32,000 nt of DNA, from the NCBI GenBank assembly GCA_000175855.1, contig ACYB01000036.1, positions 35,497 through 67,496 of the forward strand, given 5' to 3'. Positions within the stretch are counted from its first letter, which is position 1. Each line of letters opens with the position of its first letter. The stretch comes from Raphidiopsis brookii D9 (GTDB lineage Bacteria > Cyanobacteriota > Cyanobacteriia > Cyanobacteriales > Nostocaceae). The position numbers were made by a program, and so were the translations under genes. The notes under the pieces were generated by a model. The model was not told the origin of the DNA. It ran no database searches and saw only the letters and a list, made by a program, of their open reading frames with translations. Of this stretch, positions 31,839-32,000 are shown piece after piece.

Positions 31839-31916
31839 TACCCCCTTCACAATTTTCCCTTGATAACGAACGGTCGGCAAACAAGTAAATGCGCTTGCGA
31901 AGCACTCACTACACGC

Positions 31917-31950
31917 GTTTACGAAGTACTCCCTACGCGAGATCGCACTT
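31917..31950. repeat. 34-bp direct repeat, copy 2: gtttacgaagtactccctacgcgagatcgcactt
   Basis: Exact match to 31805..31838; a diverged copy (gcgcttgcgaagcactcactacacgcg) lies between, at about 31891-31917. Confidence 0.9.
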
Positions 31951-32000
31951 CACCCTCTTCAAAACTACCTAAACACTAACAATAACAAAAAGTATAAATA

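Overview
This window comes from a filamentous, Nostocales-like cyanobacterium, judged from gene content, HIP1 octamers and AT-rich intergenic DNA. The first ~13.7 kb is ordinary chromosome: hrcA, a sulfide/persulfide detoxification cluster, hemA, glpX, tadA, plsC, a subtilisin-like protease, and bolA-grxD. From ~13.9 kb it becomes accessory. There is an orphan pair of type III CRISPR-associated sensor/effector-like proteins (CARF plus putative toxin; Csx1/TIGR02221-like with a HEPN R-x4-H motif) and no visible CRISPR array or cas complex genes. Next come a truncated PIN-toxin/antitoxin pair, an FkbM-type methyltransferase and a Uma2 nuclease-like gene. The main item (~19.67-31.78 kb) is a three-gene DISARM-related island. 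It encodes a giant DEAD/DEAH helicase with a C-terminal DUF1998-like domain, a large class-I N6-adenine methylase (motif IV NPPW), and a divergently transcribed SNF2-family helicase (DrmD-like). No separate drmB/drmC-like genes are visible. All three genes, plus three chromosomal genes, are broken by apparent single-base deletions. I locate nine junctions; each is repaired by adding one base, almost always in a short homopolymer, and all reconstructed lengths are then multiples of 3. This is either a systematic assembly/sequencing artefact or real decay/phase variation, and it must be settled before calling the system novel or dead.
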